NCBI GenBank assembly: GCA_035221665.1
Contig: CM069132.1
Location: forward strand, 63,178,001 to 63,242,000
Direction of reading: 5' to 3'
From: Okamejei kenojei
Taxonomy: Eukaryota
DNA length: 64,000 nucleotides
Both the position numbers and the translations under genes were made by a program. Under the pieces are notes generated by a model. That model saw only the letters and a program-made list of their open reading frames with translations, ran no database searches and had not been told where the DNA came from. Positions 24,995 to 38,909 of this stretch are shown here, piece by piece (position 1 is the first letter of the stretch; every line of letters begins with the position of its first letter).

Positions 24995-25800
24995 CAATCT
25001 ACTCAGATCAAATGCACAATCCTTACCAAATATCTAGGCAGACCCATGGAGTTGACTCCCCTTTGCCAGAGATGATCTCTTTATCTCCATGCGTAGGCAT
25101 CCTACTGGTGTTAGTGAGAGATATGTGTTATTGCCTCTCCAACACACGCAAAGGAAATGTCAAGGTGCGGATAGAAGTAAGGAGCGACAGTTTGCAAATA
25201 ACAACAAACAGTGCCCGCACTGCCATGACGAGCCAGATACCATTTTATATTTGAGTGTTATATTGATTGTAGTCGAACAATATTTTTGAGTGCATCCAGT
25301 CGAATGCCCGCAGATTGTGAAATATTTTCACGATCCATCTCTACGACACTCAGTCACTGCATTAAAACGGCATATGTTCTCTGTTTGAATGGTCACCCGT
25401 TGTATGGTCCACACTTAGGCACCAACTGATTACAAGTGTTTAATTTCCTAAATCGAGTAAAAACAATTGAACAAAGTACACGGTGTCAATTGTATTACTG
25501 CCACAAAGGCCAATTTGAATATCGGCACATATTCTCAGCTCTTAAACGGATAAATATAAAAAGGCATCCGTTCCTTTTACGTGGTTAACCGATATGTGAC
25601 AGCAAAAACAATGTATCAGCAAGGGTATTTTTAATAAGACCATATGCAGCTCACTCACCAATGGAATATGAGTGCACTAGACAGGTACAAACTGCTAAAG
25701 GAACGCATGGAAGACGACGTTTCGGGTCGGAACCCTTCAGACTATGTATTAGTAAAAGAGGATGGTTTTGTTCATCGAAAGATCCTCTTATTGAAACTGT

Positions 25801-25947
25801 GTAGGAAGGAACTGCAGTTGCTGGTTTAAACTGAAGATAGACAGGAAATCAGTCTGAAGAAGGGTCTCGATCCGAAACGCCACCCATGCCTTCTCTCTAG
25901 AGTTGCTGCCTGTCCCGCTGAGTTACTCTAGCATTTTGTGTCTATCC
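25801..25947. mobile_element. Miniature PLE-terminus insertion with 12-bp TSD; HHR core with GCC triplet
   Basis: tattgaaactgt at 25789-25800 and 25948-25959; ctgaagaagggtctcgatccgaaacgcc at 25854-25881. Confidence 0.9.
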
Positions 25948-27439
25948 TATTGAAACTGTCATTGTGGAAACGTGGATTATCATCTTGATTTTGTTTTTCG
26001 GAAAGGGGAAAACCAAATTCAATCCAGAATGATGCCAGGCCGTGCACAGTATGGTGATGATTCAAAAGGCCACAATCACTCTGCGTGACATGAGGAGATA
26101 GGGCTCAACACGTCAAATAAAAAATACTCAGCAAAATACCTATAACCCAGGAGAACAAGGGGCAAATAAATCGTGCTAAAATATTGAGAATGAGATTGTA
26201 ATATATAGATAAAGAAATAGTAACTGCGATCGTTTCAAGCTATACATCATTGAAATACTGTACATGGGTCGCGCATGTTTAAAGAAGACATGAGAATGAT
26301 TGGTGAGTTTTCGGTGATCTCAGCTATGACGGGGGCTTTAGGAAACGTTGCAGGGATTTGATGCTGAATTCTAATCTCAAGAGAAGTACCCATCCCTCCA
26401 ATCCTTCATCGGATTCGATGTCCTGCAATTATTTCAACATCTGCGCAGCGCTCGGTCTCTGATTTGACATACAGTATTTGTATCATCTATTTACTTTCAC
26501 AGAGGATCGTTGGCTGCAATCCATCCAAGAACTGCCAGGTCATCCGCTTGTTTTGACGGGTGCAGCTGGCAGCAGCATCGCGTTTTCTGTCTTCTTTAGT
26601 TGGGTGACGCGACGGCTGGCTCTGGAAGAGCTCTTACCGCAGACGGTTCACGATGCACTGATTTGGGACATAATAAGTGGAAGAAGCAGCGCTTCAGTTC
26701 AGCGAGTTTGCGGACAGCTCTTTTCAGTTGCTAAAGATGTTTCAAAAGAGAAAACATCAAAATCACCATTTATAATAGAGCGTTTACGGCGATCTAAATG
26801 ACATGTCCGGGATGAGAGGGTGAAGATTTATTTTACGATTGCGCACTCGCATTATTTACATAAATGAGCATTCAGTCAACGACATGTATCGTGAACCCTC
26901 GGGTCCACTCCCGGGGACACGTCTAGCGTTTGTTATTGTTTCCCATATTTCAAATATCCTTGTGTCATAGAGAGGCCCTTCTGCCCACAGAGTGTCTCCC
27001 AGCTTTCCAGACCAATCTTATCAATTTCAAGTCCTCATTATTCCCCGCAATCTACTCTCTCACACGCATCCATCACCACTCAACAATACTCCAACTTCTC
27101 CTACCGTAAATCTACACCATTAATCCTGCATTAATATCATTTGGTGTGTTTTGCTTTATGAATTCTATCCAACGTTGTATATGATTTACGTAACCTCACT
27201 ATATTTACATTTTATTTTTACGCATGCCGATTAGACTTTTGTTTTCAATAAATCACATTGCACGATGTAAAATTAGTGCCGATTGATGAGTACTTTGTGC
27301 ATTTTGAAAGGTATTATTTTAGCTGTCGGCGATGCTGCCCCTCTTCATATGTATGCCATGAGTTAACTACTGTGGATTAATGCAACAACATCCAGCCAAG
27401 TCTCCATTGCAACATTCATCATGCATTAGTTGATGTGTT

Positions 27440-27870
27440 TCGCTTTGGGCTCCCCGGTGCTGGAGGCAATGAGGTGCGGCGGCAGCGTCTGATCGCGCCG
27501 CCTCGTCGCTGCCCCTGCGCACACGTCACTGCGACTTCTCCGGGCGGAAGTGAGCCGGCTCCCCGAGTCACGTGGGCTTCCCTCGACGCCTGCGCATTAA
27601 TCATGGCCTTTTGGGGACGTGTCAATCATTCCCTGTGACAGATGACCAATCACCAGTCGCAACGTCAGCCGACCAGTTGGATTGGCTGAAGCCTTGGTGT
27701 CGTCACGCACTGGAGGGCGTGGCTTCGCTGGCGCAGTCTCACTGCCGTCGGCCGAATGAGGGCGAGCGCCCCACCGTGTCCACAGCAGGTAGCACAGCGA
27801 GTCAATTCTTTTCTTTGCCCCGCTTCGAGCAGCGATTGAGACCAGCAAGCGGCAGAGTCCATCTCACCAA
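27440..27870. promoter_or_regulatory. Second CpG island, promoter-like
   Basis: ETS/GABP CGGAAGTG 27545-27552, E-box GTCACGTG 27567-27574, CCAAT 27646-27650, ATTGG 27681-27685, dense CpG. Confidence 0.65.
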
Positions 27871-30295
27871 CTTACTGTCATTGCTTACACTGTAATACAA
27901 TTAATTTGGATTGCTTTATTTAAGGGATAATAATTGTTCAAATTTGCACATTTACCGAAAATAAAAGTTAACGAGCTTGAAAGATACTGCACGTTCTTTC
28001 CAAAGTCAGCTGATCATCTAAACACCGAAAATCGGAAAATGAAAGATTTGCGTTTCAATGGTTCAAACAGCCATTTGAAGTTCGCATGATTCATGGTAGA
28101 CTGCAGTACAAAATACTGCGTTCCCAATTTTTTTAAAAAAGGTATAACATAGAGGGCCTCCGAAATCTTAAAACAAGTGAAAATTGACAAAAAATAAAAT
28201 TGCCCCAATGTTTTTGGAACTCTTAATAAAGAGTATATTGTTGAGTTTTCAAAATAATAATTTTTAAAAACGTTTTTTCGGAAATAAAATTATTTTGGAA
28301 ATAATATTATACTTAAATTAGTCCTGGTCGTTTTCAAAAGTATGATTTGAAATGCTGAAAATCCAATTCCTTTGAATTATTTAAAAAAAATGCTTAATAT
28401 GTAAAGAAGTACAGAACTCACTAAATACCCACTGAAGCATTAGTCCGGCCTGTGTGTTTCAGCATTCTCTGTTAAAATATTCCTCATCATTTTAATTTCT
28501 GAAGCAGGAATTAATTGATTCTTCGGCTCTTTACATTTGTAGCTTTTTACACAAAAGGACTCGTCCATCTCTTGTATTCCCTTAATATTACATCGTCCTC
28601 CAATTACGCGCTGGTTTCAGACCCGAGATAGTTCGCTCATCTGCCCCATCTCCCGCCCCCCACAAATAAGTATCTTTCAGTCAACCGTTCATTTTAAACA
28701 GAGGACTCTAACAACCAGATTACTACCGTGTTTGCTGCGAAGAATTGTGTTTATTTCATAAATCAAGCATTGAAAGCTTTGTTTTTCCTTTAATGAATAT
28801 TGTTTGATTTCCTTTCAATCATCCAGGTTATATTATGTTAAATGTGCCGAGGGTAGGACCACGTGATAATCCATCTTGCAGCACAAGCAACTGTTTCTTA
28901 CTTAGTTTCTTATAAAACTTGTTCAGTTTGGTAGGGTGTGCGGCTCAAGTTGCTATCATTGATTTCCATATTGAAGCTGCCCAGTGCAATGGTTTTCTCG
29001 TGTTCAACACATATGGTAGTGATTTAAAGATGTTTTGCTAAACACTACTTGCATTATTTTATTAATGCGGATAATCGTAATTTGTGAGATAGATATTCAA
29101 TTGGTAGGAACTTGCTAAATCTAGTTACGCCTCGAAAAATACTTTAAATAAAGAACAAACAGATAAACCTTTTTTGAAATGTTACTGTATTGAATAATGT
29201 AATTACAATATGCGCACCTCTGACATATCTCTACAATTTGAGACGGGTTTGTATATGACAACCCAATTACAACTGTGACATTCGGATTAAGCATCTATTT
29301 AAATTGATTTCAAGTGTTTGTTGCATTTATTTGCTTCCCATTTGAGTGTCTGGATGACAAGATGCAGACAGAAAATTCCTTGCCTGCTCTAGTTTTCGAC
29401 ATTGCAGTCATTAGGTGCAGAGAACAGACAGAGACCCCACATGTAACTTAGTGCAAATACACTTAAGGGTATCTTTGAAGTTTTGTCAGAGTGCATTTGG
29501 TGTTACAGTAGCATTAGGTTGAGTGGGTTTTGTTCAGTAGCTGGCGAGAGATGGAGACCAGGTCTCTCAGTGACTGCTGATTGACACGTCCAATGCGGGA
29601 GGTGCCCTTCATACCTACAGCACCAAGTATAAAAAAAAAACTTCCAATAGTAATTATATATAGAAAGAAACAGCTCATAACAGCGTGCGGAAAACGCACA
29701 AAATGCGGGTTTGAACGCCTATTAACAACTTGAATTGACTTTATATACTGGGACGAAACCCGAAAGCAGTTCGGTGCCAGTTGAGAAATTTGAATGAAAT
29801 TCTGATGAAACAAAATCAAATAAACTAACCATCACACGAACAGGTTCAGCGTTCACTGATATATCTTTCAAAGTTGTAATGAAGTACTTTTCGTATTTTA
29901 AAACATTAAGCTCACTGTTAGTCGAAAAAGTTAATAACGTGCCCAACTTTATTTCTTTGCGAATTACACGTGAAAGTTCTCTATTAGAATGCTCAATTAC
30001 ATATCTCCAAAGCTGAACAACTTATGATTCGTGGGTCGGATGCCGAACTCCTCGTTGTGTAGGTTTTTGTTTTAGCAATGACATGGTTTCCAAAAACATT
30101 CGCGCTTTCTGTTGAATACATTTCATGTTAATACTTTTAGGACTGGAAATGTTATATATTTTTCATTCAACCTGCACCCATATATTTTAGAAAAAATGTT
30201 TTCCAGAATCAAAATGCTTTAATTTAATGCTCGAATTAGTAAAAGTTTACCGTGCAAGATAAAAGTTAAAACCAAGAATCAGCGATCAGCGATGG

Positions 30296-30322
30296 TGCAG
30301 TCATCTCCACCAGAGGGCGGTA
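30296..30322 (+). promoter_or_regulatory. Strong CTCF motif with upstream module, rightward
   Basis: TGCAG (30296-30300), 6-bp spacer, then CCACCAGAGGGCGG (30307-30320). Confidence 0.75.
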
Positions 30323-32552
30323 GACACCAGAGGCAGCTCCAACCTGTGAAAAGAGACCACGTCTTGTTTAAAATGACAGATTTCTAAACTCTGCCCACAG
30401 TTGCAGTAGCTTTGGGTCAAAAACTTTATGTTGACAGTTGAAATAAAATGTCCTGTGTGAAATTATCAGCAAGAATAGAAAATAGATTGTCCTGTAGTGT
30501 TCAGCTTATAGTAACGGTGGAAGTGTTGTCACTTTTAGCGCTGTTTATGTCTTGATTCTGCCTGAAATGGCTTTCACACCTCTTAAATAATGGAAAATAA
30601 TAGCTGAGTATGCCACACCTCGTGAAAATTAAAGTTTCATACCACCGTCCAATATTAACAATACGAAGGATGTAGCTTCTGTAATTTCTGTTCTACCTGA
30701 TTGTACCCATTCATTATGAAAAAAAGGTATCATCATTTGGCACCAAGGCACCACATCATGAATGCATGTCGTTGTTTACCAATGGCCCGGCTTCATCTCT
30801 CACCGTGTGAAATATGAAGCGGTTAACTCTGAAACCTCGACCCATAATTAACGCTGCACATTGTGGGAACGATGCGATCTCTCAGCACCGTGGCAGTGCA
30901 TAGACCATGAAGGGACCGCAGTTTGGTGGGATCCGTCACGCAACCGTGATTTTTATTCCAACCCCAAATGATGGCAGTGTGATATTCCAAAACAAAATAG
31001 CAATTGGCCACACTTCATGGCTGAGATGTCGGAGCGCCTGTGAGAACTGTTAAAATTGATCAAGATGTCCTCGAAGTGGCATTGACAGGTTCACATTAAC
31101 GTTTAAGCCAGCACGAGTTTGATTTTCGTGCCAAGCTACAGCACATGTCCCGCTGCTTTACCAGAGCGATGGTTATATTTAAAACCAAGAGAAAAGACTG
31201 AATAAATAAACACCTGGGAAGATATATAAATAAGCTGCAACGAGGCTGTGGGGAAGGGTGGAGTGCAGCGGCACACATGAAGTGGCCTACAGCATTGCTG
31301 GATATCAAGAGACAATGACTGAAATGTATTCCATAAAAACAGAAAGTGAGCGCCGCTGCCTGTGATTAATTGCCGATCACCGAGTAATGACAGACTCCGG
31401 GACTGAGTGCAGTGTACACAGCATAGCTCATTGCTGCTGTCTCCGCACTCGCTCCAACAGTCTGCAGCCCGCGTTCAGCTGATCAGTATATCATCGAAGC
31501 TGCACACATTTCCGTGCTTTTTATTCCATTTTTGATTCAAGTCCGCTCCATGCCCCCTTCTCACTATTTACAGTGCAACGTGGACATTTTGTTAGTGACC
31601 GCGCGGTGTTTGAGAAACCCCTTCAGATTTGTGAAACCGACGATTCATCAATGTTCTGGCGGCTTTAGCGCCTCATTGTTCTCACGACGAGACACACTGC
31701 AGCACTACTGAAGTGCTCTCAGTTACAGAGCAAACACATCAGAGCAGGGCACAAATTAAACGATGTTTCATTAAAAAAAAAAGTGTTTTGTTGTTGAGGA
31801 TATTTGATTTGCTATTCCGACTTGAGATGGACACTGTAACCATTGTAACACGGAAGGGGGGGGGGGGGGGGGGTGAGGTCAGTTTTCGACCTTGCCTGAA
31901 CTCGGAGACCCTGATACGGGACCCGTGCCTCTCCCCATGTATAACGGGGGGGGGGGGGGGGGGGGGCCGCCGCCGCAAGAACCTGCCTTTAAACAGGGCG
32001 CCGAGTGAGGACTCTTTAGGTCAAAGCAAACCGTGGATCTAATCTTAGCTTTTAAAAACTACAAATCTCGGTAAACTCGACCGGTCTTAGAAACTGGCAA
32101 GGTTCTTGATGGAAAATAACACAAAACAAAAACACCAGTTATGTCAACAGGGGAAGCGCTGTGGAGAGCATGGGATTACAAGGGACTCAAAGGCGGGGCT
32201 GTTCTCCAGTCTCTGCCTTCGTTCCTCAAGTGGCCTCAGGCAGGCTGCTTGCGGTTGATCGCTTGCTTAGTTCCCACAGAAAACCATTTCAAGTGCTCCA
32301 TCGCTTTTTGCAACATCTTCCCTCTATTTGGCTGCTGCTATTTTGATCAGCAGTGTTCCACGGGCCCCTGTTAACCTCTATATTTACAGCCTCCAATTAA
32401 CACATTATAAAAACACATCCACTCCAGACAACCCGTTGCTACTCGGAAGCAAGAAGTTTGCAATTCCATTGATAGTTTAAATACTTGGCCCGACTACATC
32501 GGAAAAGCAAATTCAAAAATACAAATCGAGCTGAGAATATCTAGACGACTAT

Positions 32553-33050
32553 GGAGACGCAAGGAAGTACAGATGCAGGAATCTTGAGCAAACCTAAAAA
32601 TGCTGCTGAAAGTCGGCAGATTTCACCCACGTCTTTTCCAGCTCCGCCCCTCCCCTCCCCTACTACAATCAACTGAAGAGGGCCCGACCCGAAAGGTCGT
32701 ATGTCCATTCCCTCCACATATGCTGCCCGACCCACTGAGTTCTTGTATTTTTGCTGAGTATCCAAAGGACTGTTCGGTGGCAGCATCTCCCCGGTAAAAC
32801 AGAGTGTAATTTTGTTGCACGTAAATATTATACCATGCAACACATTTAAACAGAAGACAGACACAAAAGGCTGGAGGAACTCACGGGTCAGGCAGCATCT
32901 TTGGAGAAAAGGAATACGTGACTTTTCGGGTCTGAAGAAGGGTCTCGAGCCGAAACGCCACCTATTCATTTTCTCCAAAGATACTGCCTGACCCGCTGAG
33001 TTACACCAGCTTTATGTGTCTGTCTTCGGTTTAAGTCAGCATCTGCAGCC
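32553..33050. mobile_element. Two adjacent PLE-terminus insertions with inverted halves
   Basis: ctgaagagggcccgacccgaaaggtc near 32673; ctgaagaagggtctcgagccgaaacgcc at 32932; flanking antisense blocks. Confidence 0.75.
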
Positions 33051-34214
33051 CCCCACACACACACACACATTTTAACATAATCCCATCCGATAATAAAGGC
33101 TGTAGGAATCTCAACAGCCAATTTATGCTCAGTGAGATCCCACGAAGCGCAGTGAGGTGGCTGACTATCAGGGACTGGATAACGTACACAGCAAAGAAAC
33201 GACAGCGCTTGCTTCTGACCTCGAGGAGAAGTGCATACCGAGGCTGAGCAGAGTTTGTGGCGTGGAGGGAAACCGGTGGCGCTGGACGTCTCGGAGCTCT
33301 GGTACTTAGCAGCAGACTTGACATCAAACTGTCTCTGAGCATGGAATCACATGAAAGCATGAAATGACATGGCAAGCCAGAATGTTTAATCAATAAAATA
33401 CTTCACAGAGCACTAAATAATCTGCGCAACATGCGCATTCAATTAAAGTAGCGCCCAACATTATATAAACGGGCGTTGTAACTGGGTTTATCATTAAAAT
33501 CCCCATTATATGTGTTATCCAAGCTGCACGTGGAATAATCATGATCCGCATGTATATTTTAGAGGCTCATATCTCAGGCGTTAACTGTGGTCTATTGCTC
33601 CATTACAATTTGTACCTCATGCAAAACAAATCTTTACATTGTCGGGGTATTTTATAGCATCAAACCAACTGATTTACCCTGCTTGTGGCGGCACTGGACT
33701 TGGAAGGAAGGCTGAACACGTGAGAGCAAAATAAGGGGGTTTCTACAGCATGTTCACGGGCCAGGACTCCCCAAACTGCTATCCGCTCCTCCGCATGTTT
33801 CAGCATCTTTGCACAGTCAAGCCTGGGTCAAAACTTTGTTTGGGGTAATAATAGAGAGCAGCGCTGTGGGGTGAAGGTTCCCCGCCACGGCATCTGTCCC
33901 GATGATTGGTGAGCAGGGTTATTGGACAGGTCTTGCCTTAAGCGGATACACCCAGAGAACCAGCCGTATCGCGGTGACATTATTGGCGGTAAATGCTATA
34001 GTGGAATGGACATTTCAAACAAGAATATGCTGTGATCATGATAAAGTTACATCTCTTTGAAAGCAATGCCTGCAATAGCTTTTAAGTGGATATTGAGTGA
34101 GCCCATCAGCTCCTGATGTAATTGCTGTTTTGATCCAATCTTGAAATCTACAACTAGAAGGGAATAGTGTAGGGGAAAGTACTTGTTCTTTCAACAATTT
34201 TCGACATCAGCAAT

Positions 34215-34800
34215 TTGTCCAGCGTCAAACAGTTTGAACTTACGGCCAAGAAAACATACCGTTGCCTCTACTTCCATAGAAGGCTAAGGACTTTCGCCAT
34301 ATCTTCAACAACTCTTACCAACGTCTGCAGATGCACAGTAGAAATAATTTTGTTAGGATGCATTACAACCAGTTTGGTAGCAATCCTGCCCAAGATTGCA
34401 AGATATTGTAGAGTTATAGATATAGCCCAGTCCATCACACAGACCAGCCTTCCCACCATCGACTCCAGTTAAACTGCTTTGTGAAAGCTGCCGACATAGC
34501 AAATACTTTCAAGCACGTAATACCAGATTCAGGAACAGCTTCTTCCCTGCTGTTATCAGACTACTGAACTGTTCTCCCACAAGTAGGCTGTAGTCTCCAT
34601 CTTCCAACCTCACTCACTGCAGACCTTGAACTTTTTTTCCCCATAAATGTAACAATATAATACTGAGACACTATATTCTCTGACATTTTTCTCCTTGCAC
34701 CATCTGTCGTGCTTGTAATGGTTGTACTCATGTATAGTATCATTTGACCGGATAGAACATAAACAATAACCTTTCACTGTGTCTGGATGAACCAATACCA
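34215..34800 (+). mobile_element. Rex1/Babar-type LINE 3' fragment
   Basis: ORF 34215-34472 (AKKTYRCLYFHRRLR..TLTNVCRCTVEIILLGCIT..AQSITQTSLPTIDS). Confidence 0.85.
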
Positions 34801-36769
34801 TTAAAATCAGCAGAATAATGACTCAAAGAAAAGGTCTAACTTCCTAAGCCTCAACTTAATACCTTTCCCTGATTTAAGGTGCTAAACTTTGATATTGGGC
34901 TACTTCTCAATAGTCAAAGGTGAGAATTGAGTTCCAGGCTATTAGGACTGTTGGAATTAGGGGTAAGAGGGAAAATTAAGATTGGAGTGGGGATGGGTTG
35001 GATATGGGCAGACCTGCCCTCTCCGGACTTGGTTTCTTACCTGATGGTTGGATTCAGCTCCCTTTACTGAAGGCTGGGTTGCATTCATTCACCTCCTGGT
35101 GTCCATCCTCACACAGCACTAGTACTGGGGCAAATCCCATGGCACAGACACCACACCTGTGCTATCTTCACCATTAACAGATTCAGAGTCACACCTTAAC
35201 TAATACTAGGGTGGGAATAATCAGGAATGCACTTGAGGCTGAAATTAGTGAGAAATTGTGATCTGAGCAATGGAGGAGGTTAGAGAGACAAGGGGAAGTT
35301 AGTGAAGAAATTCTAGCAAAAGGTCAGAGTTCAACATTATGACCCTGGATCTTTTTTATCAGAAAAGCACTTTTCATTAGACTATTAACAAATATTGATT
35401 TTCTATTATTGTTTGACAGTATAATTGAAACTGTGATTAAGTCATGATTAACCTTTTTTCCCTCTCAATTAATTGCAATCAATTGTTTTTAAATTGTGTG
35501 ACAATCCAAGTGCATATATCACATTGGTATTCAGGCTAAAGGTTCTGTCCTTGTCTTTTATCATCTTTTGCAAGTGAGATGAGTCAATTAAGAGCATATG
35601 ATCACTCAACCTCAGATATTTACTATTATTTTGGCTTGTTCAAATACTTTACAAAAGTTTATACTTTTTGACATTTTCAGAAAATGTGATTTAAAATGAG
35701 GCTGAAAGGAAATATAGCTACATTCTCTCTGACTTGGTAATACTCAATGAGGAGTGTGTGCGACATGATGGAGGTGACGGGTCAGCACCTTGAATACTCT
35801 TCAGTTGAAGCTTATCTGATTTTTTTGAGTGATATTTGAAAAACACTGATAATTGAAGGTATGCCTCTATCGACAAAATCACGTCACTTGTCTTTGTTGC
35901 CCAGAGGTCTCCTGGATGATAGCCCTAAACAAGCAATGTATGTGTGTCTGTGTGCTCTACTTTGCTGCTGAACCTCATTCCATCAAATTAAATGTCCTTG
36001 ATCTGACCCATGAAGTACGACTGAGCTGGGGATGATTTATTCAGGAGCTTTGACCATAATGAACTTGCAAGTGCGATGTTTCTTCTGGCACAGTTTTCCT
36101 ATCAAGCTGGGCTGTCACTCTATTTCCAGTGTACTTTCTACCCGAATCTCCAGTGATTGCATTCATTTCATTTCATTCAATTTTTAGGGCAGACTACTGT
36201 AAACTCCTTTATTGATCATTGACAATTAAGTTTTGAGACAGATTGAAGAAGATCTTCATACACCCTGTTCCCATCTCAGTCCTGGGTTAGATATTATTTT
36301 ATACTCTGCTTCTCCTCAACTATTTATCTTTTGGCCACTCCCTTTGTGACAATCAGCCAAGGACTGTCCTCCTCACTTGCAAACCTTTTAGAACTATGAG
36401 GACCCAATCTATTTGAGGCCCTCCAGTTTTGCCCCTTTGGCCATTTCTTTACTGTCCTTTTCTTGTTGCTGGCCTGTAGACATGATATCTGTGTAGACAT
36501 TCAGACATTGAGCTAGCACCAAGGGTCACTCATCTTCACTGCCACCTTTGAGCCTTGGCCCCCAACTCACCTACTCAGTGATCAGTATTAGATCCTCCTC
36601 TCTGTAACTCACCACTGCACCAGCCAATATTGACAAATGCCCAAAGTGAATTATCTTATATAAAAAAGTATTTAACTAGCTTAGCAGGTTAAACAACTGT
36701 GTTAGAAAGTGGTTCACAGGGCATCATATTCTTGTGTGTTTTGTTATTCAATTTCAATGGAAAGGAACA

Positions 36770-37015
36770 TGTACTTGAACTTTAGGTGGGGAAGCAAAGT
36801 TACAGTGGGCTGAGGGAGAGCTGAAAAGGGGAGGAGATAGTAAGGGAGAATCACGGGGGGGGGGGCAGTGAGAGAGGAGGTTGTTAAATTGTCTTGGGAG
36901 GGAGGAGGAGAACTTCTTCAAAGTAGGCATACCTTGAAGAGATTTTGCAGTGGAGTAGACAAAATGTTTAAGAAGGAGCTGCAGATGCTGGAAAATCGAA
37001 GGTAGACAAAAACCT
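36770..37015 (-). mobile_element. PLE fragment joining the terminus tail to a probable ORF start
   Basis: Minus strand: cttcgattttccagcatctgcagctccttctt tail followed by ..aggtATGcctactttgaagaag (MPTLKKFSSSLPRQF). Confidence 0.5.
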
Positions 37016-37599
37016 TCAATTTTGAAAATGGGATAGTAAGTTTGCTTCCCCACCTAAATGCATATCTTGTTGCACCTCCAATGAAGTTATAATGGTGGCG
37101 ACAAGTACTTCAAGGAAATTCTATGCCATTAACTGCAAATTAAGTACAGTAACTATGCCTTCACAGATGAAGCTTACATGTCTTATGGATATGCAAATGA
37201 CAGAGAGACTGCAGATTGGATCTTGTGACTAGAGTTTCAGCAAGTGAATTCACACTATACTATACTTTTTTTGTCACTAAATAGCATTCAACAATAGATG
37301 AATTCAAATCTTTTTTTCCCAATTAGTTGCACTATTGTAGATTCAGATCCTTCATAAGGTTTAAAATATCTCTGAAGATAGATGTGCCCCATGTGCTTTG
37401 TAGGAATATCATTATCAATGTCTTATTCATAATTTAAATGCATCAGCATCTACCCCTTTCTTCTACTGAAGATAATTTTTTAAGGGTGAGAGCTTCAAAA
37501 GAAGTCAAAAACAATTAATTTGATTTATGAGCCATCAAGAGAGTTTCAAACCACATGCCTTTTAATGATTTGTTGAGTCACCTATTTCGTTATTAGAAA

Positions 37600-38590
37600 A
37601 ATAGAAACATAGACATATAGACAGCACTGCCATCCTGATCATCTCAAATCAGTACCCCATTACTGCATTCCCCCATATCATAGAAACATAGAAACAGAAA
37701 ATAGGTGCAGTAGGCCATGCGGCCGCTCAAGCCAGCACTACCATTCAATATGATCATGGCTGATCATCCAAAATCAGTACCCCGTTCTGGCTTTTCCCCC
37801 ATATCCCTTGATTCCTTTAGCCCTAAGAGCTAAATCTAACTCCCTCTTGAAAACATCCAGTGAATTGGCCTCCACTGCCTTCTATGGCAGAGAATTCCAC
37901 AGATTCACAACTCTCTGGGTGAAAACAGTTTTCCTCATCTCAGTCGTAAATGGCCTACCCATTATTCTTAAACTGTGACCACCGGTTCTGGACTCCCCCA
38001 AGATTGGGAACATTTTTCCTGCATCTAGCCTGTCCAATCCTTCAAGAATTTTATATGTTTCTTATTATATCTTATAATCTCACATCCTTCTAAATTCTAG
38101 TGAATACAAGCCCAGTCAACCCATTCTTTCATCATATATCAGTCCCGCCGTCCCGGGAATTAACCTGGTGAACCTACGCTGCACTCCCTCAATAGCAATA
38201 ATGTCCTTCCTCGAACTAGGAGACCAAAATTGCACACAATACTCCATGTGCAGTCTCACCAGGGCCCTGTACAACTGCAGTAGGACCTCCTTGCTCCTAA
38301 ACTCAAATCCTCTCACAATGAAGGCCAACATGCCATTAGCTTTCTTCACTGCCTGCTGTACCTGCATGCTTACTTTCAGTGACTGATGTACAGGCACACC
38401 CAGGTCTCGTTGCACCCTCCCTTTCCCTAATCTGACACCATTCTAATAATAATCTGCCTTCATGTTCTTGCCACCAAAGTGGATAAGCTTACACTGCCAC
38501 CCAGCTCTGTGTCATCCGCAAACTTGGAGATGTCACATTTAATTCCCTCTTCTAAATCATTAATATATATTGTTAATAACTGTCCCAGCA
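37600..38590 (-). mobile_element. 5'-truncated CR1-type LINE (with a second short tail copy)
   Basis: ORF 38116-38415 (QRDLGVPVH..LYRALVRLHMEYCVQFWSP..VQRRFTRLIPG); tagaaacatagaaac tail. Confidence 0.92.
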
Positions 38591-38909
38591 CGGAGATATT
38601 CTGTTTATGCCTTATACAACCAAGTGGTGAAAATGATCAGTATTATTTTGTATCATTAATGAGAAAGAATTTGTTTGTTAAATGCTTCCCATCACATCCA
38701 GGGAGATTGGAATACACTGGGACACAAGATCAAGGTCCTCAATGAATGGCCATTATATTTTGAAGTAGGTAGGCTGAGACTACATTATGTTTTGTCATAT
38801 AAAGTATTTGGTTGAAAGATCCTGGAAGCTGTGGATTACATTGGCATCAGTCATTCTGCATGACAAATCTGGAGAAATTTAAGGCTTCCATATTATTGGG
38901 AATGAGACT

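Noticed and set aside
30881-30900. REST/NRSE site (ctcagcaccgtggcagtgca)
   Set aside because: Left half matches but the right half lacks GGACAG (one base missing); not supportable
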